The notes: generated by a model from the sequence alone, not told the origin. A DNA stretch of 57,446 nt from Bacteroidota bacterium (GCA_046051465.1 JBJOOG010000030.1:1-57446); one strand, 5' to 3'. Positions 30,422-40,717 are shown, counted from the stretch's first letter. Translations and numbers: made by a program.

Positions 30422-30618
30422 GTTGTCTGTTTTCGGTTATCTGTTGTGGGTATTGGACACGAATGCACGAATTATTAAATTCCAATGTTGAAATTCCAAA
30501 TTCCAAAACTTCGGGGTACAACTGTTGCTACAACACGATATCTTTCAATCATTCAATTTTTAAATATTTCAATCTTCTAGAACCATCAACTGATAACTGA
30601 CAACCGATAACTGACAAC
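30422..30618. repeat. Modular intergenic repeat, copy 2, bounded by inverted GTTnTCn heptamer arrays
   Basis: Left end GTTGTCT GTTTTCG GTTATCT GTTGTGG. Right end on the minus strand GTTGTCA GTTATCG GTTGTCA GTTATCA GTTGATG. Internal AAATTCC and AATCTTTC modules are shared with the copies at 8.3 and 45.7 kb. Confidence 0.8.
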
Positions 30619-30621
30619 CAA

Positions 30622-31494
30622 TCAAGGTACTTTATTCCCCATACTCTCCGTCCAAATGGCAAACCAGTCTTCAAGACCTAAGGTTATGGTAGTGGCTTTC
30701 ATCAGCGTCTGAAGGCGGGCGGGGTTTGCTGTTCCAGCTACAGGAATAATGTGGGCAGGATGTTGTAAAATCCAAGCCAGTAAAAGGGTGTCGGCGCCTG
30801 CCTCATATTTTATAGTTAGACCCTCGAGCAATGTATTCAGGCGTTGGGTTTGGGGCGTGTTTTCGCGAAAAAACGTGCCCAATGGTTTCCAGGCCATGGG
30901 TTGTATGCCGTGTAGTTGCATATAATCTAAACTGCCATCGAGCATGGCTTCAAAATGAGTAGCCGAAAATTGTATTTGGTTGAAATCGATTGGGGTTTTT
31001 TGACGAATCAATTCGGTTTGACTGGGGGTAAAATTACTCACACCAAACGAACGAATTTTTTCACAGCTTTTTAAATGCTCTACTGCTTCGGCAATTTCAT
31101 CGGCTTGCATCAACGGGCTTGGTCGATGCAATAAAAAAACATCCAGATAGTCACACTGTAACTTTTGAATGGATTGTTCGGCCGACCAAATGATGTATTC
31201 CTTGCGGTAGTCGTAATGCTTAATGGTGTTGGCGCGGGATTCGGCCATGTATTGGATGCCACATTTGGAGATCAACTGAACCTGTTCGCGTGCAATCCCG
31301 CTTTGTTTGAAGGCGGTGCCAAACTGCTCCTCTGTGGTGTATCCGCCATAAATATCGGCATGATCAAAACTGGTTATGTTGTTTTCCAGGCAAATGTGCA
31401 TGCTGTGTTGCATCTGGGCGGTGCTTAGTTTTTTGTCCCAATCACCCCAATTCATGGTGCCGGCAACGATAGAAGATAGTTTTGTTTTGCTCAT
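30622..31494 (-). CDS. Aldo/keto reductase (YdhF-like)
   Basis: Motifs FDHADIYG, SKCGI, LLHRP and GVSNF. Confidence 0.92.
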   Translation of the reverse strand: MSKTKLSSIVAGTMNWGDWDKKLSTAQMQHSMHICLENNITSFDHADIYGGYTTEEQFGTAFKQSGIAREQVQLISKCGIQYMAESRANTIKHYDYRKEYIIWSAEQSIQKLQCDYLDVFLLHRPSPLMQADEIAEAVEHLKSCEKIRSFGVSNFTPSQTELIRQKTPIDFNQIQFSATHFEAMLDGSLDYMQLHGIQPMAWKPLGTFFRENTPQTQRLNTLLEGLTIKYEAGADTLLLAWILQHPAHIIPVAGTANPARLQTLMKATTITLGLEDWFAIWTESMGNKVP

Positions 31495-31714
31495 GGTATG
31501 TGTATGAAAAAAATAGGAAAATCGATTTCAAAAATTGGCCTTTGCAGACATCGAAATCGAGTTCTTAAAATTAGTCGAAATGAATCACAAAACATCCTTA
31601 AAATAGCCCTGTTTATCGAAGTTTTAACCAATTTTTAACATCTTTCTTTTAAAAAAAAATTCAATTTGCACCACTTAAAATAAAGAACTACCTAATACTA
31701 ATCGCAATCAAGAA

Positions 31715-32719
31715 ATGGAAGAAACTGCAGCAACGCTAGACATTAGAGCAATTAATGAAAAGATAGAAAGAGAAAGCGCTTTTATCGATTTGTTAAGCCT
31801 AGAAATGAACAAAGTAATTGTTGGCCAAAAACACATGGTGGAGCGTTTGTTAATTGGACTTTTAGGGCAAGGACATATTTTACTAGAAGGCGTGCCCGGA
31901 TTGGCCAAAACATTAGCCATAAACACCTTGTCTCAAGCCGTGCAAGGATCGTTTAGCCGTATCCAATTTACCCCCGATTTACTTCCCGCCGACGTGGTTG
32001 GAACCATGATTTACAACATCAAACAAAACGAATTTTCGATAAAAAAAGGACCCATTTTTGCCAATTTTGTCTTGGCCGATGAGATCAATAGAGCGCCTGC
32101 CAAAGTGCAATCGGCTTTGCTTGAAGCCATGCAAGAAAAACAAGTAACCATTGGCGATACTACCTTTAAATTGGACCGACCCTTTTTGGTGTTGGCCACC
32201 CAAAACCCCATTGAGCAAGAGGGAACCTATCCGTTGCCAGAAGCGCAGGTAGACCGTTTTATGCTCAAAACCGTAATTGACTATCCCAAATTGGACGAAG
32301 AGCGTTTGGTAATTCGTCAAAACTTAAAAGGCAGCTACGAAAAGGTGAACGCAGTAATTTCGGTTGAACAAATCTTAAAAGCGCAAGAAGCCGTGCGTGA
32401 AGTATACATGGACGAGAAAATCGAAAAGTATATTTTGGACCTCATTTTTGCTACGCGCTACCCCGAAAAATACAACTTAGAACACCTTAAACCCCTCATT
32501 AGCTTTGGATCTTCTCCACGTGGAAGCATCAACTTGGCTACTGCTGCCAAATGTTATGCCTTTATCAAACGCCGTGGCTATGTAATTCCAGAAGACGTGC
32601 GTGCCGTAGTGCACGATGTGTTGCGTCACCGTATTGGCGTGACTTATGAGGCCGAAGCCGAAAACATCACTTCGGTTGATATCATCAATAAAATTGTAAA
32701 CGAAGTAGAAGTTCCATAA
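31715..32719 (+). CDS. moxR: MoxR-family AAA+ ATPase of the Bat operon
   Basis: Motifs GVPGLAKT, RIQFTPDLLP, LADEINRAP and ATQNPIEQEGTYPLPEAQ.DRF. Confidence 0.96.
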   Translation: MEETAATLDIRAINEKIERESAFIDLLSLEMNKVIVGQKHMVERLLIGLLGQGHILLEGVPGLAKTLAINTLSQAVQGSFSRIQFTPDLLPADVVGTMIYNIKQNEFSIKKGPIFANFVLADEINRAPAKVQSALLEAMQEKQVTIGDTTFKLDRPFLVLATQNPIEQEGTYPLPEAQVDRFMLKTVIDYPKLDEERLVIRQNLKGSYEKVNAVISVEQILKAQEAVREVYMDEKIEKYILDLIFATRYPEKYNLEHLKPLISFGSSPRGSINLATAAKCYAFIKRRGYVIPEDVRAVVHDVLRHRIGVTYEAEAENITSVDIINKIVNEVEVP

Positions 32720-32721
32720 TA

Positions 32722-32795
32722 AGTAATTAGTAAACAGTAACTAGTACTTAGCATTTGCTTCTTTTCTAGTCACTCATCACTAATGGCTAATCACT
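32722..32795. repeat. Inverted pair of AGTnAnn heptamer arrays with no gene between them
   Basis: AGTAATT AGTAAAC AGTAACT AGTACTT AGCATTT, then 11 nt, then AGTCACT CATCACT AATGGCT AATCACT. Confidence 0.75.
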
Positions 32796-32801
32796 AAATA
32801 A

Positions 32802-33665
32802 ATGGAAACCAAAGACTTACTAAAAAAAGTTCGTAAAATAGAAATCAAAACCCGGCGGTTGAGCGATCACCTGTTCTCGGGCGAATACCATACTTCTTTC
32901 AAGGGGCGTGGGATGACGTTTTCTGAGGTGCGTCAGTACCAGTTTGGCGATGACATTCGCGCCATTGACTGGAATGTAACGGCGCGCTACAACGAACCCT
33001 ATGTAAAAGTTTTTGAAGAAGAACGCGAACTCACCATGCTTTTAGTAGTGGATGTTTCGGGTTCTGAAAGTTTTGGCACACAAGGCGATGTAAAACGCAA
33101 CATCGTGACTGAAATTGCCGCGACCATGGCGTTCTCGGCCACCCAAAACAACGACAAGATTGGCTTGATTTTATTCTCAGACCAAATTGAATTGTACATT
33201 CCGCCCAAAAAAGGACGTTCGCATGTGTTGCGTATCATTCGTGAATTGATTGAATTTGAACCCAAAAGTAAACGCACCAATGTAGCCCAAGCCTTGCGGT
33301 TTTTATCGGCTACTCAAAAAAAGAAAGCCATTGTGTTTATGATTTCTGATTTTATGGACCTGGCCTACGAACAACCGCTTAAAATTGCCGCCAAAAAACA
33401 CGACATTACCGGCATCCGCGTGTATGACAAACGCGAAGAAACATTGCCAAACATTGGAATGGTTCCTATGCTTGATGCCGAGACAGGCGATCTGCAACTG
33501 GTGAATACAGCAGCCAAAAGCGTGCGCATGGCCTACGAGAAAAACTACCACGAACGCACGGGCTATTTTAAAGAAGTGTTTAGCAAATCGGGAGCTGGCA
33601 CTGTGCAAACCCGCGTAGACGAAAGTTATGTAACCAAATTATTGGGTTATTTTAAATCAAGATAA
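32802..33665 (+). CDS. DUF58 domain (VWA-like) protein
   Basis: Motifs FSEVRQY..GDDIRAIDWNVTAR, VDVSGS and ISDF. Confidence 0.92.
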   Translation: METKDLLKKVRKIEIKTRRLSDHLFSGEYHTSFKGRGMTFSEVRQYQFGDDIRAIDWNVTARYNEPYVKVFEEERELTMLLVVDVSGSESFGTQGDVKRNIVTEIAATMAFSATQNNDKIGLILFSDQIELYIPPKKGRSHVLRIIRELIEFEPKSKRTNVAQALRFLSATQKKKAIVFMISDFMDLAYEQPLKIAAKKHDITGIRVYDKREETLPNIGMVPMLDAETGDLQLVNTAAKSVRMAYEKNYHERTGYFKEVFSKSGAGTVQTRVDESYVTKLLGYFKSR

Positions 33666-33694
33666 ACCCCAAACAGCGCGAGTATACGCAACGA

Positions 33695-35338
33695 ATGAGA
33701 AAGAAAATGAAACTAACAACCTATATCGCTTTACTGTTTTTTGGTGCAGTGGTTTTTGCCCAACAAAAGCCATTGACTACTTCCATCAATGTAAAGCAAA
33801 ATAAAATCGGAGCCGAATTCAAATTGAGTTTGAAGGCAATTGCCGATACCTCAGCGCGTGTGGTGTTTCCGAAACTCAAAAATGTGGGCGCCCTTGAGGT
33901 GATTCAATCGTATCCGGTTGATACCGTTTGGAAAGACCGCCAATACGAATTGGTAAAAACCTACGGACTCACCCAATTTGACAGCGGAACCTATGCGCTG
34001 CCCGCCCTAAAAATCCTCATCAACAACAAACCCTTTTATTCAGACAGCCTGCGCGTGCAAGTAGCCAATGTAGTGGTGGATACGCTCAAACAAAAAATGT
34101 TTGACATCAAACCCATTGCCCAAGGCCCGTCAAGTTACCGCTGGGTTTGGACACTTTTGCTCGTTATAGCGCTTTTGGCTGCTGCCGGCTATGGCGTATT
34201 TTGGTGGCGCAAACGCAAACAAAATACAGTTGAAGTGGTTGAAGAATTTAAATCGCCTATTGAAAAAGCAACGAGCATGCTCAATGTGCTGGAGAAAAAA
34301 CAGCTCTGGCAAAAAGGCGAAGTAAAATCATACTACAGCGAGCTCACGGCCATTGCCCGAAATTACATCGAAGAGGCCATTGCCATTCCCGCCATGGAAA
34401 GCACCACTGCCGAACTCATAGCCGCCTTGCAAAATGCGTCTAAGCAAAAGAAAATGGAGCTCACTGCCGAAACCATTGAAAATTTGGAGCGCGTACTCAA
34501 ACAAGCCGATTTGGTAAAATTTGCCAAATCAAAACCCCTTGATTTTGAAATTACCGAAGACCGCAAAAAAATAGAAAAAGCCATCGTAACGTTGGACCGC
34601 GCAATTCCTACTATAGAAGAAGACGAAGAAGAATCGGCGCTCAACGAATTACAACGCCAACAACAATTGCAACAGCAAGCGGCCAAAGCACGCAAACGCC
34701 GCAACCAACGCATAGCCGCATCAGCCCTGGGATTAGTGCTGCTGGTGCTGGGCTATTTTATTGCCACCAAAGGATTTACCTATGTAAAAGACACCTTGAT
34801 TCGCAAAGAAACCAAGTTGTTGCTCGAGGGCGAATGGGTGCAAAGTGAATACGGGAATCCTGCCGTCCGCTTGGAAACCCCCGAAGTTTTGGTGCGTACC
34901 GATTTATCTAAAACGCTGCCCAAAAACGGCATGGCGCTCATCAAAGAGATGCAGTCGTTTGTGGAAGGAAAATGGGGAGATGCGTTTTATGTGATGGTGA
35001 ATACCATGCATTATCAAAAAGAAACCGAAATAGATCTCGACAAATCGATAGATGTGACGATCGATTTATTTGAAAGTTTAGGTGCCCAAAACATGTTGGT
35101 GAAACAAGAAGAATTTCAAACCAAGCAAGGCGTTTCGGGCCGAAAAGGCTACGGCACCTTTGTGTTGCTCAATACCTTGACCAAATCGAGCACCACCTAC
35201 TACTACGAAGTTTTGCTTTTTGGGCAAGACGGTGGATTGCAGCAATTGGTGTTGGTACACGAAGAAGGCGACGCCTATGCCAATGCGATTGCCGAGCGCA
35301 TTTTGAATTCGGTTGAACTTAAACAAGCTACGCCCTAA
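33695..35338 (+). CDS. Bat-operon membrane protein (BatD-like N-terminus, two TM segments)
   Basis: Signal peptide, TQFDSG beta domain, TM segment, AMESTT.EL...ADLVKFAK helical domain, second TM segment and a C-terminal domain. Lies between DUF58 and batA. Confidence 0.75.
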   Translation: MRKKMKLTTYIALLFFGAVVFAQQKPLTTSINVKQNKIGAEFKLSLKAIADTSARVVFPKLKNVGALEVIQSYPVDTVWKDRQYELVKTYGLTQFDSGTYALPALKILINNKPFYSDSLRVQVANVVVDTLKQKMFDIKPIAQGPSSYRWVWTLLLVIALLAAAGYGVFWWRKRKQNTVEVVEEFKSPIEKATSMLNVLEKKQLWQKGEVKSYYSELTAIARNYIEEAIAIPAMESTTAELIAALQNASKQKKMELTAETIENLERVLKQADLVKFAKSKPLDFEITEDRKKIEKAIVTLDRAIPTIEEDEEESALNELQRQQQLQQQAAKARKRRNQRIAASALGLVLLVLGYFIATKGFTYVKDTLIRKETKLLLEGEWVQSEYGNPAVRLETPEVLVRTDLSKTLPKNGMALIKEMQSFVEGKWGDAFYVMVNTMHYQKETEIDLDKSIDVTIDLFESLGAQNMLVKQEEFQTKQGVSGRKGYGTFVLLNTLTKSSTTYYYEVLLFGQDGGLQQLVLVHEEGDAYANAIAERILNSVELKQATP

Positions 35339-36339
35339 TGAAAAACGTCACCTTTTTACACCCTGAGTTTTTCTGGTTGTTGCTCCTGCTTCCGGTGGCA
35401 GCTGCCTGGCTGTTTTGGAAACGCAAACAACAAGCGGCTACTTTGTCAATTAGTTCGTTACAGGGTTTTCAATCCTCGCCATCGATTTTAGCCAAATTAC
35501 AGCCGGTACTTCCCGCGTTGCGATTGGCGGCACTCGCTTGTTTAATAGTAGCCATGGCCCGACCACGCACCGTTGATGTAACCAATAAAACCAAAACTAC
35601 CAAAGGAATTGACATCGTGATTGCGGTAGACGTTTCGGGGAGTATGTTGGCCAAAGATTTAAAACCCAACCGCATGGAGGCCTTGAAACGCGTGGCCGCC
35701 GATTTTGTGCAAGAACGTCCCAACGACCGCATTGGTTTGGTTGTGTATGCCGCCGAGGCCTATACCAAAACGCCGGTTACCAGCGACAAAGGAATTATTC
35801 TTGACGCGGTGTCGAGCATCAAATATGACAATGTGTTGCAAGACGGAACCGGGATTGGCATGGGTCTTACCACCGCGGTGAATCGACTCAAAGAAAGCAA
35901 AGCCAAAAGCAAAGTAATTATTTTGCTCACCGACGGGGTAAACAACGCCGGATTCATTGAGCCCGAAACCGCCTCGGACATTGCCCAACAATACGGCATT
36001 AAAGTGTATACCATTGGAATTGGAACCAACGGCATGGCCGAATTTCCGTATGCGATTGCGCCCAATGGACAATTTTTGTTTCGCATGATGCAGGTAGAAA
36101 TTGATGAAAAATTGATGAAAAGCATTGCCCGTAAAACCGGCGGAAAATACTTTAGAGCAACCAGTAATTCTAAATTGGCCCAGATTTATAACGAAATCAA
36201 TAAGCTAGAAACCACCGAAATTGAAGAACTGCGTTTTTATGATTATGACGAAAAATACCGTTCTTGGGTAATGTTGGCCGGAATTTGTTTGCTACTCGAA
36301 TTTGGATTGCGCAACACCGTTTATAAAAGTTTTATTTAG
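35338..36339 (+). CDS. batA: BatA, VWA domain protein
   Basis: N-terminal TM segments, MIDAS motif DVSGSM, GTGIG and LLTDG. Confidence 0.92.
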   Translation: MKNVTFLHPEFFWLLLLLPVAAAWLFWKRKQQAATLSISSLQGFQSSPSILAKLQPVLPALRLAALACLIVAMARPRTVDVTNKTKTTKGIDIVIAVDVSGSMLAKDLKPNRMEALKRVAADFVQERPNDRIGLVVYAAEAYTKTPVTSDKGIILDAVSSIKYDNVLQDGTGIGMGLTTAVNRLKESKAKSKVIILLTDGVNNAGFIEPETASDIAQQYGIKVYTIGIGTNGMAEFPYAIAPNGQFLFRMMQVEIDEKLMKSIARKTGGKYFRATSNSKLAQIYNEINKLETTEIEELRFYDYDEKYRSWVMLAGICLLLEFGLRNTVYKSFI

Positions 36340-36342
36340 GCT

Positions 36343-37377
36343 ATGTACGAATTAGAAGAACAAAAATACCTGTACTTACTGCTCCTGCTTCCGCTGATGG
36401 CCTTGTTGTTTCTTTATGTACAGTATTGGAAACGCAAAAAACAACGCGAATTTGGCGACCTCGTTTTGGTGGCTCAATTGAGTCCCGAAAAATCGGTGTT
36501 CAAGCAAGGGTTAAAATTTACTGTCTTGCTTTTGGCTCTCGCGGCATTGATTATGGGATTGGTTAACCCCAAAATGGGAACCAAAATGGAAACCATCAAA
36601 CGCGAAGGCATTGACATTGTGTTTGCGGTAGACGTGTCCAAAAGTATGTTGGCCGAAGACGTAGCGCCCAGCCGTTTGGAAAAAAGCAAGCAATTGGTGT
36701 CGCAAATCATCAACCAATTGGGCAACGACCGCATTGGAATTGTGGCCTATGCCGGATCAGCCTTTCCGGTTTTGCCCATCACTACCGATTACGGCGTAGC
36801 CAAAATGTTTTTGCAAAGCATGAACACCAATATGGTTTCGTCGCAAGGCACTTCGCTCGATGAAGCCATCAACTTGTCGGGTACCTTTTTTGACAAAAGC
36901 AACAAAACGAGCAAATTGGTTATCCTGATTTCTGACGGAGAAGACCACTCCGAAGGTGCCGAAGATGCAGCTGCCGAAGCCACTAAAATGGGTATGAAAA
37001 TCATTACCATCGGAGTAGGAACACCCAAAGGAGGTCCAATTCCGCTCAAACAAAATGGAGTGGTGCAAAGTTTTAAACGCGACCAAAACAACGAGGTGGT
37101 CATCACCAAACTCAACGCCGAAAGTCTCGAGTCGATTGCCAAAGCCACCAAGGGAATGTACATCAACGGGAATCAAACCAAAGAGGTACTCGAAAAAATT
37201 AAAAAAGCGCTCGACACCATACAAAAAACCGAATTTGAAGCCACGCAAATGGCCAATTTTCAATCGCAATTTCAGTGGTTTATTGGACTCGCCATTTTGC
37301 TTTTAGTACTCGACTTGTTCTTATTGGAGCGCACCACCGCGTGGATTAAAAAACTGAATTTATTTAATGAAAAATAA
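36343..37377 (+). CDS. batB: BatB, VWA domain protein
   Basis: Motifs DVSKSMLAED..PSRL, PITTDY and ISDGEDH. Confidence 0.92.
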   Translation: MYELEEQKYLYLLLLLPLMALLFLYVQYWKRKKQREFGDLVLVAQLSPEKSVFKQGLKFTVLLLALAALIMGLVNPKMGTKMETIKREGIDIVFAVDVSKSMLAEDVAPSRLEKSKQLVSQIINQLGNDRIGIVAYAGSAFPVLPITTDYGVAKMFLQSMNTNMVSSQGTSLDEAINLSGTFFDKSNKTSKLVILISDGEDHSEGAEDAAAEATKMGMKIITIGVGTPKGGPIPLKQNGVVQSFKRDQNNEVVITKLNAESLESIAKATKGMYINGNQTKEVLEKIKKALDTIQKTEFEATQMANFQSQFQWFIGLAILLLVLDLFLLERTTAWIKKLNLFNEK

Positions 37378-38173
37378 CACTCACCTCGCGCTGTCATTTG
37401 TAAATCGATTCCTAATTCAGGGAACGATTTTACTATTGCTTTTGGGATCAATGGGCGTTGTGGCTCAGGAAAAAGATCGTTATTTAAACAAAGCCAACGA
37501 CCAATTTACCGACAAACAATATGCCGATGCCGAAGCCAATTACCGCATCTCCAAATCAAAGGCCAAGCAAAAAGCGCTGGCGTCTTACAATTTGGGCAAT
37601 GCCATCTACAAACAAAATCAGCCCAGTGAAGCCAAATATGCCTACATCGATGCGGTAGAAAAATCAAATTCACGTAGCCAAAAACACAATGCGTTTCACA
37701 ACTTAGGGAATGTGTATTTGAAAGAAAAAAAATATGCCGAAGCCGTTTCTGCTTTTAAAGACGCGCTGCGTAACGATCCAACCGACGAGCAATCACGCTA
37801 CAATTTGGCCTTGGCAAAAAAATTATTGAAAGACAATCCACCGCCAAAAGACGACAAAAAGGACGATAAGAAAGATAAAAACAAGGACAAGAAAGACGAC
37901 AAAAAAGACCAAAAAAACCAAGATAAAAAGAACGACAAAAACAAAGGCGACCAAGAAAAGAAGGACGATAAAAAAGATCAGGGCAAAAACCCAGACAACA
38001 AAGACCAAAACGATCCATCGCAAGGACAGCCCAAACCAAAGCCGGGAGGCATCTCGAAAGAGCGCTTACAAAATTTGCTCGACGCGGTAAACAACGAGGA
38101 GAAAAAAATACAAGACAAGGTGAATGCCAAAAAAATAAAAGGACAACCCGTCCAAACCGAAAAAGACTGGTAA
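37367..38173 (+). CDS. batC: BatC, TPR protein with a K/D-rich linker
   Basis: TPR motifs YNLGN and HNLGN, RYNLALA, a low-complexity linker and C-terminal EKDW. Confidence 0.9.
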   Translation: MKNNTHLALSFVNRFLIQGTILLLLLGSMGVVAQEKDRYLNKANDQFTDKQYADAEANYRISKSKAKQKALASYNLGNAIYKQNQPSEAKYAYIDAVEKSNSRSQKHNAFHNLGNVYLKEKKYAEAVSAFKDALRNDPTDEQSRYNLALAKKLLKDNPPPKDDKKDDKKDKNKDKKDDKKDQKNQDKKNDKNKGDQEKKDDKKDQGKNPDNKDQNDPSQGQPKPKPGGISKERLQNLLDAVNNEEKKIQDKVNAKKIKGQPVQTEKDW

Positions 38174-38191
38174 TTGATTGATGAAATGACT

Positions 38192-39952
38192 ATGAAAAAG
38201 CAGGTACTACTTTTATTGCTCAGCTGTCAAGCTCTTTTTGCCCAGGTGCAATTTGAGGCCAAAGTGAGCAAAACAAGCTTGGGATTGAACGAGCGTTTGC
38301 GCATTGATTTTACGATGAATGCCGACGGCGATAATTTTACACCCCCTTCCTTTGAAGGGTTTCGCGTGGTAGGTGGACCAAGCCAACAGGTAAGTCAATC
38401 GTGGATCAATGGCCGAAGTTCGTTTAATAAATCGTACTCCTATTTTTTATTGCCTTCGCAAAAAGGATCGCTCACCATCAAACAAGCCTCGGTTGAAATC
38501 AATGGGCAGATTTACAAAACCAATCCCGTAAAAATAAACGTGACAGCCGCGGTTGAACAACCGCGTGATCCCAACGACGAACCCCAAATCTCGGCAGCCG
38601 ATGCCATACATTTGGTGGCCGAAATTTCGAAGGGAAATCCCTATGTAAACGAACCCATTACGGTAGTGTACAAATTGTATTTTAGTTACAACATTGGCAT
38701 CACTAACTGGCGCGAGCTCAACAAACCCAAGTACAACGACTTTTGGAGCCAAAACATCGACATCAAACAATTGGTAGCCGAAGAAGGCAAGTACAACGGT
38801 GAACGCTTTCGATTTGTGGTGTTGCGCAAAACAGTATTGTATCCGCAAAAATCGGGCAAATTAGAAATTGAACCTCTCACGCTCGACATCGATCTGCAAG
38901 TGCCCACCAACCGCCGAAACATTTTTGGACAAGTACAGGTGGTCAATGACAACCGACGCGTATCAGCCGGAAGCAAAACCATCAGCGTAAAACCCTTGCC
39001 CGAAGCCGGAAAACCTGTCGATTTCTCGGGTGCTGTGGGTCGATTTAATTTTGTAGTGAAACCCAGCAAAACGCAGTTAAAAAGCGGTGAATCCCTCGAT
39101 TTGAAAGTAGCGGTTTCGGGTACGGGAAACCTCAAATTGTTTACGCTGCCCAAACCGGTGGTGCCCAATTCAATCGAAATGTATGAGCCGGTGCACAACG
39201 AACAAGTGCAAACGCCTTTGAGCGGGATGAACGGCAGCATTACCGATAATTACACCTTAATTCCTCAGTTTAAAGGAAAATACCCCATTAAGCCCATGCA
39301 GTTTTCGTATTTTGATTTGGGCACGGGCAAATATAAAACCATTAGTTCTCCCGAAATTGTAGTGGATGTGTTGGACGGTCCATCGGCTGATAACCAAGCA
39401 ACAGCTTCAGCTTCGCCAACAGAGTCGAATAAAAACAGAATCAATGCGGGGGATCAATTTCAATATGTGAAACTTAAAACTTCATTGCAACCAACCAAAC
39501 GCAGCGATTTTCTAGGTTCAAAATTGTTCTACTGTCTGTTGTTTTTACCGGCCTTTTTAATCCCTATTTTGGTATTCTTTAAAAAGAAAAAAGAAGCCAT
39601 AGATGGAGATGTAGTAGGAAATCGCATTAAAAAATCAAGCCAATTGGCTAAGAAATATTTGTTGGAAGCCAAAAAGCAAATGCCCAACAAGGAGTTGTTT
39701 TACATTGCCCTCGAAAAATCGATGCACAACTTTTTAAAAGCCAAATTGCACATCGAAACTAGCGAGATGAGTAAAGATACCATTGCTCATTTGTTGCAAT
39801 CCAAAAATGCATCGACCGAAACGGCAGCGGCCTTTTTAGACTTAATGAAAAACTGCGAATTTGCTCGGTATGCGCCCTCTTCATCGGTAGCAATTGAGCA
39901 AGATTACCAAAAGGCCGAAGCCATTTTGGCGGCTTTAGAAAAACAATTATAA
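38192..39952 (+). CDS. batD: BatD protein
   Basis: Signal peptide, GPS..SQSWING, FSGAVG and CEFARYAP. ATG at 38186 or 38192 preferred over TTG at 38174. Confidence 0.9.
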   Translation: MKKQVLLLLLSCQALFAQVQFEAKVSKTSLGLNERLRIDFTMNADGDNFTPPSFEGFRVVGGPSQQVSQSWINGRSSFNKSYSYFLLPSQKGSLTIKQASVEINGQIYKTNPVKINVTAAVEQPRDPNDEPQISAADAIHLVAEISKGNPYVNEPITVVYKLYFSYNIGITNWRELNKPKYNDFWSQNIDIKQLVAEEGKYNGERFRFVVLRKTVLYPQKSGKLEIEPLTLDIDLQVPTNRRNIFGQVQVVNDNRRVSAGSKTISVKPLPEAGKPVDFSGAVGRFNFVVKPSKTQLKSGESLDLKVAVSGTGNLKLFTLPKPVVPNSIEMYEPVHNEQVQTPLSGMNGSITDNYTLIPQFKGKYPIKPMQFSYFDLGTGKYKTISSPEIVVDVLDGPSADNQATASASPTESNKNRINAGDQFQYVKLKTSLQPTKRSDFLGSKLFYCLLFLPAFLIPILVFFKKKKEAIDGDVVGNRIKKSSQLAKKYLLEAKKQMPNKELFYIALEKSMHNFLKAKLHIETSEMSKDTIAHLLQSKNASTETAAAFLDLMKNCEFARYAPSSSVAIEQDYQKAEAILAALEKQL

Positions 39953-39967
39953 CCCAATCTAAACGAT

Positions 39968-40717
39968 ATGACAATGAAAAAATTAGTGTTTTTGCTCTTG
40001 TTTGTTTCGCAACTGAGTTGGGCCAATACTGGCTTTGAAGCAGGAAACGATTGGTACAAAAAAGGAGAATACAACAAAGCCATACAAGCATACCAATCGG
40101 TGTTGGAAAACAAGCAAGAATCGGCCGATTTGTATTTTAATTTAGGAAATTGTTACTACAAACTGAACAAAGTAGCGCCTGCCATCTACAATTACGAAAA
40201 GGCACTCTACCTCAATCCTACTGATCTCGAGATTCAAAACAACCTGAGATTTGCCAATAAAATGACCATCGACGAAATCAAGGTGGTACCCAAAGTAGGC
40301 TTTGCCCATATGTTGCACGAACTCATTTCTGTTTTTCATTACGACAGCTGGGCGTGGATTGCGGTGGGTATGTCATTTTTGTTTATGGCCTGTTTTGTGG
40401 GGTACTACTTTTCACCTTATGCCGCCAAGAAACGCTTGTTTTTTGTGGGTATGTTTGTGTTGTTGATTTTACTTATTGTGGCCATCATTTCGGCGGTTGT
40501 TGAAAAAAAGTACAGCGCCAGTGAACATCCTGCTATCGTGTTTGCCGAAATGGCTTCGATAAAAAGCGAGCCAAAATCGGGTGCAGCTGAAGTGGTTTTG
40601 CTACACGAAGGCGCCAAAGTATTTGTATTGGATTCGCTCGATAATTGGAAAAAAATTCAACTCACCGACGGCACCGACGGCTGGATTAACCACGAATTCA
40701 TTAAACAGGTACATTAA
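39968..40717 (+). CDS. batE: BatE, TPR plus SH3-like protein
   Basis: YFNLGNCYYK, two TM segments and C-terminal LHEG.KV...GW. Confidence 0.9.
   Translation: MTMKKLVFLLLFVSQLSWANTGFEAGNDWYKKGEYNKAIQAYQSVLENKQESADLYFNLGNCYYKLNKVAPAIYNYEKALYLNPTDLEIQNNLRFANKMTIDEIKVVPKVGFAHMLHELISVFHYDSWAWIAVGMSFLFMACFVGYYFSPYAAKKRLFFVGMFVLLILLIVAIISAVVEKKYSASEHPAIVFAEMASIKSEPKSGAAEVVLLHEGAKVFVLDSLDNWKKIQLTDGTDGWINHEFIKQVH

Noticed and set aside
30418-30600. 60-aa ORF in the ORF track
   Set aside because: It is a translation of the modular repeat, with no protein-like features.
30422-30618. CRISPR array, considered for this and the other repeat-rich spacers
   Set aside because: The units are 7-8 nt in tandem without unique spacers, and there are no cas genes.
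37840-38010. Purine-rich low-complexity tract and hydrophobic antisense ORFs (37755-38039, 37823-38023)
   Set aside because: The tract is the K/D-rich linker expected in BatC, and the antisense ORFs are shadows of it.
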